From an uncultured Bacilli bacterium (GTDB taxonomy: Bacteria; Bacillota_I; Bacilli_A; RF39; UBA660), in the NCBI GenBank assembly GCA_934148845.1, contig CAKPDH010000003.1, positions 65,789-129,788 of the forward strand: DNA of 64,000 nt. Direction: 5' to 3'. Under the pieces are notes generated by a model that saw only the letters and a list, made by a program, of their open reading frames with translations, had not been told where the DNA came from and made no database searches. Every line of letters begins with the position of its first letter. Within the stretch, counting starts at the first letter, position 1. A program made the translations under genes and the position numbers. Positions 43,277 through 51,233 of the stretch are shown here, piece by piece.

Positions 43277-43459
43277 TGTTGATGAAGTAAAAAAACTAAT
43301 GGGTAATGACCATAAGAGAGCTAATTTTTAGTTCTCTTTTATTATGGCTTATTTTTAAATGTTCTATATAATTAATTTTTTGTATAGAGTTATTTGGACT
43401 AAAAGTGATTGAATTTCTAAAATTTTTATGATATATTTAATATAGTAAGGAGGATAGAT

Positions 43460-44989
43460 ATGTTTAAGGTAAAAAGAGGTTTTTGGCTGTTTTTGTTTTT
43501 AATGTTTTTGCCTATATTGAATGTATATGCATTTTGTGTAGCTAAAGGTGATTTTGAGTATTGTTTTGATTCTGATGGTACTCAAGTTAGTGGGCCTAAG
43601 GGGGAACTTGATGATGTTATTTCATATGATGCACAAACTAATACTATAACTTTTAATAATTTTAGTGGTAAATATTTAGAAACTGCAGATAAAAGAAAGT
43701 TAAATTTAGTTTTTAAAGGAAGAAATTTATTTACTGAGTATATTAAAATAAGTGATGATTTAATAAATATTAGTGGTGATGGGGAATTAGTATTAGAAGT
43801 AAATGATGAAATTAATTCATTAATTGAGCTTTTTGGGTATCAAAATGAGTATGTTGGTAGTTATTCTACAATTAATATTAATGATATTAAAATAACTATA
43901 ACTGGTAATTTAAAGTATGATCAAGTAGGTATTGATGCAGTAGGGGATTTAAATTTTAAAAATACTAATATAAATATTTCTAATATAAATACTGGCGTTT
44001 TTTTTGGTGGAAGGTTTTTTGCAGATAATATTGGTTTAAATATATCAAATGTAGATACTGGCATGCTTATATCTGGTACAACTAAGTTAGATGATTCTAA
44101 TATAAATATTACTGATTTTAGTGAGTATGGTATGCATATTAGAACATCTACAATGGAGATGCAAGAGTTAGATATTACTAATAGTAATGTTTTTATAGAT
44201 GGAAAGTCTAAAGGTATAGGTGGATTATTATATGTAGGTGAAGAATTTAATCTTATAGATGGTTCATTTTTAATAAAAAATTGTAAGTATGGTATTTTTA
44301 GTAATGAAGCTGAGAATTTAGGCTTTATAAATATTAATGGTAAGTTAGATATTATAGATTCTCTTAGCGCAGCTATTTTACTAAGGGATGAGTCTAATTT
44401 TTCATATAATAAAAATAATATAGAGTTAAGTGGTGATTATGTACTTAGTGATTATATTGATTCTTTATATGGAGCTGGTTTTACTTATGCCAGTGAAAAA
44501 TTACCATATGGATATGATGATTTAGATGGAGAAATGGAAATTGAAATGACCGAGAGTGATTCGGCTAAGGTAGCTAAATCTATAAGCTTTTCTAAAAAGT
44601 ATAAAGAAAATAAATTGCTTGAGCAAAGTAAAAATGAATTAAAGGATAAAGATGATCTTACTTTGAGATTTGATTTAGATGTTTCAAAATTTTTATATTT
44701 GTATGTGGATGGTAAGTTATTAAGTAGAGAAAAAGGCGATTATACAGTTAAGTCTGGTAGTACGGTTGTTACTATTTCTAATAAATATTTGAGTACTATT
44801 AAGTCTGGGAATCATAATGTGAAAGCAGTATTTTCTGATGGTGTTGCAAGCGCTAATTTTAAAACTAATATAGAAAATCCAAATACAGGAATGAATGATG
44901 TAAATATTATTTTAATTATAATATTTACATTTAGTATACTATCTTATTTATTAATAAGAAGACGTAGTAAATTTCAAAAATCAGTGTAA
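43460..44989 (+). CDS. cell-wall-anchored surface protein with beta-helix-like repeats and NPNTG sortase-B sorting signal
   Basis: Signal peptide. Repetitive N(I/V)xxSN(I/V) parallel-beta-helix-like segments. The C-terminus carries NPNTG, then a hydrophobic helix, then RRRSKFQKSV, which is the class B sortase signal architecture. Confidence 0.6.
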   Translation: MFKVKRGFWLFLFLMFLPILNVYAFCVAKGDFEYCFDSDGTQVSGPKGELDDVISYDAQTNTITFNNFSGKYLETADKRKLNLVFKGRNLFTEYIKISDDLINISGDGELVLEVNDEINSLIELFGYQNEYVGSYSTININDIKITITGNLKYDQVGIDAVGDLNFKNTNINISNINTGVFFGGRFFADNIGLNISNVDTGMLISGTTKLDDSNINITDFSEYGMHIRTSTMEMQELDITNSNVFIDGKSKGIGGLLYVGEEFNLIDGSFLIKNCKYGIFSNEAENLGFININGKLDIIDSLSAAILLRDESNFSYNKNNIELSGDYVLSDYIDSLYGAGFTYASEKLPYGYDDLDGEMEIEMTESDSAKVAKSISFSKKYKENKLLEQSKNELKDKDDLTLRFDLDVSKFLYLYVDGKLLSREKGDYTVKSGSTVVTISNKYLSTIKSGNHNVKAVFSDGVASANFKTNIENPNTGMNDVNIILIIIFTFSILSYLLIRRRSKFQKSV

Positions 44990-45027
44990 AGCTTCAATAT
45001 TTTGAAGCTTTTCTAATAGGTGGTAAA

Positions 45028-46602
45028 ATGAGTAATAAGATTAAAATTATAGTAAAGAATAATGATATTATATTTTCTTTATATAATAGAAATATAAATG
45101 ATGAAAATTTAAATAATACTAATATAATTGATATAAAAAACTTAAAGTTTACATCTGAATATATAAGTAATAATTTAGATTTAATGTCTTCTTTTTTAAA
45201 TTTAATTGTATTAAAAAATAATATAACTAAATTAGTTATAACTGATTTAGAAGTAGCGCCTATAATAATTAAATTATCTTATAATATAAATATTCATAGA
45301 TTAATTTTTACTCAAGATATTGAGTTAAATTATACTATATCAGATGCTTTACTTAAAAATAGTAATTTAACTTATATAGAGTGTTATAGTATGCCTAAAG
45401 TTATGTTTAATAGATTTAATTCTTCTATTGTTGAAACGAGATGTAAAGTACCGTTTACAAGCAATTTTATGAAATATAATAATATTAATACTTATTCTAA
45501 GCTATGTAATATAGATAGAATAATAATTGATAGTTATTTAACTAAGAATGACTTAGATGATATTATTTATTTTTTTAGTGTAAATAGAAGTGTTAAAAGA
45601 ATTATAATAAAAGGATATAAAAGGAATAATTTAATAGTTTTTTTACAAATGATTGATAAATATAAATTAAAACATATTAAAATTATATTAGTTGAAGATT
45701 CCCTCGTTTTAAAAGATCTTACTAATGATATGGAACTTTTTACTAAATTAAGTAAAAAATATAATGTAAGTATTAAAATTAAGTATTCGGATTCTTATAA
45801 GAATAAAAACAAATTTAAAGAATTATGTATTATAATAATTAAATTAACTTTACTATTATTAATTTTGGTAGTGATTATTTTAATGCTATTTAAAAAAAAT
45901 ACGATAAAAAATGATAATAAGGGAATTGAAGATAATTTGAAAATAATAGATGAAGTAGTAAGTGATAATTCTAATATAAGTGATAATACGAATTCTTCAA
46001 GTTCTAATTTATATACTAGTCCCTATTATACTAAGTATGATAATGTGTATTCTAAATTGAAAGAAATAAATAACGATACTGTTGGATGGATTAAAGTTAA
46101 AAATACTAAAGTAGATTATCCTGTCGTACAAGGTAGTGATAATGAGTATTATCTAGATCATGCTTTTAATAAAACTAAAAATGGCGCAGGATGGATATTT
46201 GCTGATTATAGAAATAATTTAGATAGTTTAGATGATTTAGATGATAATACTATTATATATGGTCATGATATACAAAAGAATTTTCTTATGTTTGGTTCAC
46301 TTGAATTTTTACTAACTGATGCTTGGAATAGTGATTTAAATAATTTAGATATAACTTTTAATATAAGAGGTAATGATGTTATATTTAAGATATTTTCAGT
46401 GTATACAATTGATAAAACTAGTGATTATTTAGTAACTAATTTTTTAAATAAAGAAGATTATAAAAAATTTATTTTAATGATAAAAAATAGGAGTATTAAA
46501 GATTTTAATGTAGATATAGATGTATACTCTAAAATACTCACATTATCAACTTGTTATAAGACTGATTCAAAAAGATTAGTAGTGCATGCAAAAAAAATGT
46601 AA
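45028..46602 (+). CDS. srtB: class B sortase with ~270-aa N-terminal cytoplasmic extension
   Basis: C-terminal catalytic domain GWIKVKNTKVDYPVVQGSDNEYYLDH...GWIFADYRN...YGHD...LTLSTCY matches SrtB. A single TM lies at ~aa 270-290. The N-terminal domain is Leu/Ile-rich with LRR-like periodicity. Confidence 0.8.
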   Translation: MSNKIKIIVKNNDIIFSLYNRNINDENLNNTNIIDIKNLKFTSEYISNNLDLMSSFLNLIVLKNNITKLVITDLEVAPIIIKLSYNINIHRLIFTQDIELNYTISDALLKNSNLTYIECYSMPKVMFNRFNSSIVETRCKVPFTSNFMKYNNINTYSKLCNIDRIIIDSYLTKNDLDDIIYFFSVNRSVKRIIIKGYKRNNLIVFLQMIDKYKLKHIKIILVEDSLVLKDLTNDMELFTKLSKKYNVSIKIKYSDSYKNKNKFKELCIIIIKLTLLLLILVVIILMLFKKNTIKNDNKGIEDNLKIIDEVVSDNSNISDNTNSSSSNLYTSPYYTKYDNVYSKLKEINNDTVGWIKVKNTKVDYPVVQGSDNEYYLDHAFNKTKNGAGWIFADYRNNLDSLDDLDDNTIIYGHDIQKNFLMFGSLEFLLTDAWNSDLNNLDITFNIRGNDVIFKIFSVYTIDKTSDYLVTNFLNKEDYKKFILMIKNRSIKDFNVDIDVYSKILTLSTCYKTDSKRLVVHAKKM

Positions 46603-46687
46603 TTGTTACATTTTTTTAAATATACGATGATTGACATTTTTAATAGTTATGATATACTTATAATAGTAAAAGTAGGTGATTATACAT

Positions 46688-47188
46688 ATGCATGAGAGTC
46701 TTGGATATTCGGTAATTTTTAATATAGTAATTGTATTTGTTGTAATTATTTTTGTATTTATAGGATCTGTTTTAGTTTATTTTAAAAGTAATAAAGTAAG
46801 TAATGTTATAGCTGATTCAATTGAAAAATATTCTGGATATAATAAGTTATCTATAGAAGAAATAAATAAAAACATGAGTAATCTTGGATATAATAAAATG
46901 AAAATTAAGTGTGAAAACTTGAGTGAAGATGATAAATGTAAAGTAGAGGAAGGTAATCAATTACTTAATGATGGCTCAGATGGATATTGTGTATATTTTT
47001 GTCAGACTACAAAAGAAGTAGAAAAACAAAATGAAAGTGGAAATATAGTTAAGACTAAAGTATACTATTATTATTATAAAATTAAAACAAATATGATGTT
47101 TAAAATACCAATAATAAATGATATATTACCACTTCCTATATGGTCAACAACTAATGTTATGTATGATTTTGATGAAAATTTAAAATAG
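46688..47188 (+). CDS. TadE-like/pseudopilin-like protein (paralog of 47206)
   Basis: MHESLG|YSVIFNIVIVFVV... is a prepilin-like N-terminus. It shares ...SIEKYSGY/IEENGGY and (L)GY(N/L)K motifs with the next ORF. RBS AGGTGA. Confidence 0.4.
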   Translation: MHESLGYSVIFNIVIVFVVIIFVFIGSVLVYFKSNKVSNVIADSIEKYSGYNKLSIEEINKNMSNLGYNKMKIKCENLSEDDKCKVEEGNQLLNDGSDGYCVYFCQTTKEVEKQNESGNIVKTKVYYYYYKIKTNMMFKIPIINDILPLPIWSTTNVMYDFDENLK

Positions 47189-47205
47189 TAAAGTAAGGTG
47201 ATTTT

Positions 47206-47646
47206 ATGAAAGCATCAATAGGCGGAAGTATGCTTTTATATATAGTTTTGTTTTTTGTTTCTGTTGTAATTTTGTTTTTTGTAGGCATAATAGCTTATAA
47301 TAAAGCTTATAGAGTTAAAAATAGAATTGTAAATATAATAGAAGAAAATGGTGGATATACAGATGATCTTAAGGCTACAATAGATGGTGAACTTAAAAAA
47401 TATGGTTATTTGACTACAAAGGTTAGTGTAGATTGTAAGAAGGCATCATCACATAGTAATTCTACTTGTGAAAATCTACCTGCTGGTCAATATAAGTATT
47501 GTATATGTCATACTACTCATAATAGTGGTACAGTTTATGAAGTAATAACTTATACACAGTTTGATATACCACTTATAGGTGGTATATTATCAAACGCAGT
47601 ACATGGTGAGACTAAAACTTTAAGCGTAAATTACGATTATAGATAG
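47206..47646 (+). CDS. TadE-like/pseudopilin-like protein
   Basis: MKASIGG|SMLLYIVLFFVSVV... leader ends in GG and a hydrophobic helix follows. Paralogous to the previous ORF. Confidence 0.4.
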   Translation: MKASIGGSMLLYIVLFFVSVVILFFVGIIAYNKAYRVKNRIVNIIEENGGYTDDLKATIDGELKKYGYLTTKVSVDCKKASSHSNSTCENLPAGQYKYCICHTTHNSGTVYEVITYTQFDIPLIGGILSNAVHGETKTLSVNYDYR

Positions 47647-47662
47647 AATAGAGGGAAATTTC

Positions 47663-48661
47663 ATGAATGTAATTATATCAAATAAAAATCAAGCGTTGCT
47701 AGAAAATTTAGGTATAGATGTAATTAAAGAGATGAATGGCGAGTTTGAGGTAGACGAAATAATAGCAACTTTTCAAAATTTTTTTTATCAAAGAATGATT
47801 TTGGATATAACGGCTATTAAAAATTACTTGGATATTAGGAATTTACAAAAACTTTCAATTTCTTTAAATATGGAAAAAGTAATATTGCTTTTGGATGGAA
47901 CTGATGCAACAAGCAATCCTACATTTTTATCTAATTTAGTATCAATGGGAATATATAATTTTACTAAAAATGTAGAAGGTATTCAGTATCTTTATAATAC
48001 TCCAAATACTTATCGTGATGTAGCACAGTTTCATAACTTGACACAACAAACTACTCAAAGTAATCAACAACAAAGTGTTATGTCTGGTATAAATAATAAA
48101 AATAATCCTATAGCTAATTCTATTTCAGTAGAAGAAAGTGGTGCGACTAGAGTAATAGGTGTAAAAAACTTAACTAAACAATCTGGTGCGACAAGTTTAG
48201 TGTATATGATTAGAAATGTGCTTAAATCTAGATATAAAGTAATTGCTATAGAAGCTGATAAAACTGATTTTACATATTTTAATGATAATACGTTACTTTC
48301 TGTTCCAACATCTGATATTGGAACTGTTATAAAGAGAAATAGCGATATGGATGTTATTGTGATAGATATTAATAATAGTGTGGTAGCTGAAGGCTTTTGT
48401 CAAGATGTTCTATATCTAATAGAACCTTCAATAATAAAATTACAAAAATTAATGGCACTTAATGCAGTAGCGCTTCAAGGCCTAAAAAATAAAAAAGTTG
48501 TATTAAATCAAAGCTTGTTATCAAATCGTGATGTTGCAAATTTTGAATATGAGGCGAGAGTAAATGTATTTTATAATCTTCCTCCCCTTAATGAAAGAGT
48601 AAAAGAACAACCAGATTTAGCTGCTTTATTAGTAAAATTAGGTTTTAATAAGTTAAGATAA
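47663..48661 (+). CDS. TadZ/CpaE-like protein (receiver-like N-domain + ParA/MinD-like domain with degenerate P-loop)
   Basis: RVIGVKNLTKQSGATSLVYMIRNVL...KVIAIEADKT aligns to the VIAV.S.KGGVGKTT...VLLVDLD pattern of CpaE/TadZ, but the Walker A is degenerate. Confidence 0.45.
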   Translation: MNVIISNKNQALLENLGIDVIKEMNGEFEVDEIIATFQNFFYQRMILDITAIKNYLDIRNLQKLSISLNMEKVILLLDGTDATSNPTFLSNLVSMGIYNFTKNVEGIQYLYNTPNTYRDVAQFHNLTQQTTQSNQQQSVMSGINNKNNPIANSISVEESGATRVIGVKNLTKQSGATSLVYMIRNVLKSRYKVIAIEADKTDFTYFNDNTLLSVPTSDIGTVIKRNSDMDVIVIDINNSVVAEGFCQDVLYLIEPSIIKLQKLMALNAVALQGLKNKKVVLNQSLLSNRDVANFEYEARVNVFYNLPPLNERVKEQPDLAALLVKLGFNKLR

Positions 48662-48663
48662 TA

Positions 48664-49161
48664 TTGACAATAAAGTCTTTAAACCGTATAATAATTGATA
48701 GATGGGTGATAAAATTGAAAATTAAATTGGCATACAGACTTATGTTTATATTTGTTATATCATTTATGTTAAGTACAAGCGTATTTGCAGAGTGTAAACC
48801 AGGAGATATTAACTGTTACAATAATTATCCTACTGACACACTTGTAAGCTGTGGTGATGGTATGATTAAAGAAATCCCACCTTTAATACCTAAAGTAACA
48901 AGTATAGTTTATACGACTTTTCAAATATTGGTTCCAATATTATTAGTTGTATTTAGTATGTTTGATTTAGTAAAAGCAATTTCTGCACAAAAAGAAGATG
49001 ATATAAAGAAGGGTCAAAAACAACTTATTAGAAGAATAATTGCAGGTGTTATTGTGTTCTTTGTATTTGTAATTGTAAAATTTGCTATAAGCATTTTAGC
49101 CGATAATAGTGCTGGCATTATTGACTGTGCGGATTGTTTTATAAGAAATAATTGTAAGTAG
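48664..49161 (+). CDS. VirB2/TrbC-like two-TM protein, paralog 1 (signal peptide, KEDDIKKGQKQ loop, C-terminal CxDC)
   Basis: Likely true start at TTG ~48712 (MKIKLAYRLMFIFVISFMLSTSVFA|E). Hydrophobic helix VPILLVVFSMFDL, conserved loop, second helix, C-terminus CADCF..NNCK. Confidence 0.4.
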   Translation: MTIKSLNRIIIDRWVIKLKIKLAYRLMFIFVISFMLSTSVFAECKPGDINCYNNYPTDTLVSCGDGMIKEIPPLIPKVTSIVYTTFQILVPILLVVFSMFDLVKAISAQKEDDIKKGQKQLIRRIIAGVIVFFVFVIVKFAISILADNSAGIIDCADCFIRNNCK

Positions 49162-49177
49162 ATTAAGGAGGATAAAG

Positions 49178-49597
49178 ATGAAAAAGAAATATTTAGTATT
49201 GTTTATAGTTATTGGAGCTTTGTTTTTTATGGCTCAACCAGTTTTAGCAGAAAATATAACAGCATGTGATGCATCTATTAAAGGAGCTGTAATTGATGAA
49301 AAAATACCTAATACTGTAAGCACAATAATTACAATAATTAAAATTGTAGTTCCAATTTTGCTAGTTGTGTTTGGTATGATGGATTTAGTTAAAGGAATTA
49401 TATCACAAAAAGAAGATGAAATTAAAAAAGGGCAACAAATATTTATTAAACGTTTAATAGCTGGAGCACTTGTGTTTTTTGTTTTCATAATCGTACAACT
49501 TATTATAAGCTTAGTAGCAGATGGCCAAAATGAAAATAAAAATATAATGACTTGTGTAAATTGTTTTATTAACAATAAAGGATGTAAAGGGAACTAA
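49178..49597 (+). CDS. VirB2/TrbC-like two-TM protein, paralog 2
   Basis: Signal peptide ...PVLA|EN. VPILLVVFGMMDL, KEDEIKKGQQ, second helix, C-terminus CVNCF..KGCKGN. RBS AAGGAGG. Confidence 0.4.
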   Translation: MKKKYLVLFIVIGALFFMAQPVLAENITACDASIKGAVIDEKIPNTVSTIITIIKIVVPILLVVFGMMDLVKGIISQKEDEIKKGQQIFIKRLIAGALVFFVFIIVQLIISLVADGQNENKNIMTCVNCFINNKGCKGN

Positions 49598-49615
49598 AAA
49601 TTAATAGGAGGCTTT

Positions 49616-50725
49616 ATGATTGAAGCATTAAAAAAATTAAATAAGGGCTTTTTGATCTTTGTAGGGGCGATTATTTTACTTCCAATATTTATTGTTATAT
49701 TTTTGGCTATTATTCAATCTTGCAATAGAAATATTGGATATGAATCTTATGAAGAAAAAATGGAAAAAGCTGCACTTAAATACTTTGATAAAAAAGGCAA
49801 TCCAAAGAATGAGGCCGAAGTGTTAAATGTTAGCCTTTCAACACTTGTTTCTGAAGGTTATATTAAGTCTACTTCTAAGTTACTTGGTGATGACAGTTGT
49901 AAAGGTTCTGTTACTGTAAGGCTTAATGGAACTTTGTTTGAAAGTAATAATGGGGGTTACCTACATCCTTTGGCAACTTTAAAGTGTAAAGATTATGAAA
50001 CAAAAACTTTAACAAGCTATCTTATGAAAGATTTAACTGATCAAGAATCTGGGCTTTATAAAGATAATTTTGGATATGTTTATAAGGGAGATAGTGTAAA
50101 TAACTATATTACATTATTAAAAAATAACTATGTTATTCTTGGAATTGATAATAATAATATAGTTAAATTATTGAAAGTAGATGGATCTTCTCTTACACAA
50201 ATGTGGGACTCTAAATATAATGTAGAGGTAGATGAAGCTTATGGAATTAATATATATAAAGATAGTGAAATGCGTAAGCAATTAATTGCTGATTACAATA
50301 AAGGTAAAATATTTGATAAAAAAGTAAAAGCAAAGCTAGTAAGTTATGATGCGTGTATAGGACTAAGAAGTATAAATGATACATCAATAAATAATGAAAA
50401 TGATTGTAATACTAAGCTTCCAAAGGAAACTGTTTCACTTATTAGTATTTCTGATTATGCAAAAGCTAGTTTAGATAAAAACTGTAATAATATACGTTCT
50501 CGTTCATGTAGAAATTATAATTATTTAAGAGGAGTTAATTTAACTACTTGGACAATTAATGGAGTCTTGGATAATACATACGAAGTATATTATCTTCAAT
50601 ATGGAATTATTAATCATCAAGAAGCTAATACTTTTGAAAACTATAATATTGTAGTATATATAGATGGTAATGAAAAAGTAAAATCTGGTAGTGGTTCTAA
50701 AGATAGTCCTTATATTTTGTATTGA
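49616..50725 (+). CDS. type IV pilin-like protein (prepilin-type N-terminus, large C-terminal domain)
   Basis: MIEALKKLNKG|FLIFVGAIILLPIF... has a class III leader with Gly at -1 and Phe at +1 but no Glu at +5. ...LSTLVSEGYIKS resembles the ComGC/PulG pilin core. RBS GGAGG. Confidence 0.45.
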   Translation: MIEALKKLNKGFLIFVGAIILLPIFIVIFLAIIQSCNRNIGYESYEEKMEKAALKYFDKKGNPKNEAEVLNVSLSTLVSEGYIKSTSKLLGDDSCKGSVTVRLNGTLFESNNGGYLHPLATLKCKDYETKTLTSYLMKDLTDQESGLYKDNFGYVYKGDSVNNYITLLKNNYVILGIDNNNIVKLLKVDGSSLTQMWDSKYNVEVDEAYGINIYKDSEMRKQLIADYNKGKIFDKKVKAKLVSYDACIGLRSINDTSINNENDCNTKLPKETVSLISISDYAKASLDKNCNNIRSRSCRNYNYLRGVNLTTWTINGVLDNTYEVYYLQYGIINHQEANTFENYNIVVYIDGNEKVKSGSGSKDSPYILY

Positions 50726-50773
50726 CATAAGTTATAAAAATATATATAATTTATTTAGAACGGAGGAAATAGT

Positions 50774-51160
50774 ATGATGTTTTTAAAACTTGGAATGGAT
50801 GGAACATATAGATGTGGTAATTTAGATTTTGAATTTTCTGGTACTTTTCCATATATAATTTCGACACTTATTACATTAATAAAAATAATTGTACCAATCT
50901 TATTAATTATATTTGGAATGCTTGATTTAGGTAAAGCTGTTGTAGCGGCAAAAGAGGATGAGATTAAAAAGGGACAACAAACATTTATAAAAAGAGCTAT
51001 AACTGCTGTTATCGTATTCTTTGCAATACAAATTGTACAAATTGTTATTAATTTTGTATCTAGTAAAGATCCTAATGTAGTAAATTGCTTTAATTGTTTC
51101 GTTAACGGAAAAGAAAGCGATAAAGGTTGTATTGATTTAAATAAATCATATGACGAATAG
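50774..51160 (+). CDS. VirB2/TrbC-like two-TM protein, paralog 3 (no cleavable signal peptide)
   Basis: VPILLIIFGMLDL, KEDEIKKGQQ, second helix, C-terminus NCFNCF..GKESDKGC. RBS GGAGGAAA. Confidence 0.4.
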   Translation: MMFLKLGMDGTYRCGNLDFEFSGTFPYIISTLITLIKIIVPILLIIFGMLDLGKAVVAAKEDEIKKGQQTFIKRAITAVIVFFAIQIVQIVINFVSSKDPNVVNCFNCFVNGKESDKGCIDLNKSYDE

Positions 51161-51233
51161 TGATTAATCATTGATTAATCATTTTTTTTTTGATATAATA
51201 TGCATGATTATATTGGTTTATGGAGGAAGATAT

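Noticed and set aside
43143-43331. 62-aa plus-strand ORF
   Set aside because: Overlaps the small pilin-like gene in another frame. No RBS.
49234-51171. Minus-strand ORFs 49234-49575, 50540-50728 and 50755-51171
   Set aside because: Antisense to the VirB2-like paralogs and the pilin-like gene. They recur only because the sense genes are paralogous and hydrophobic-rich.
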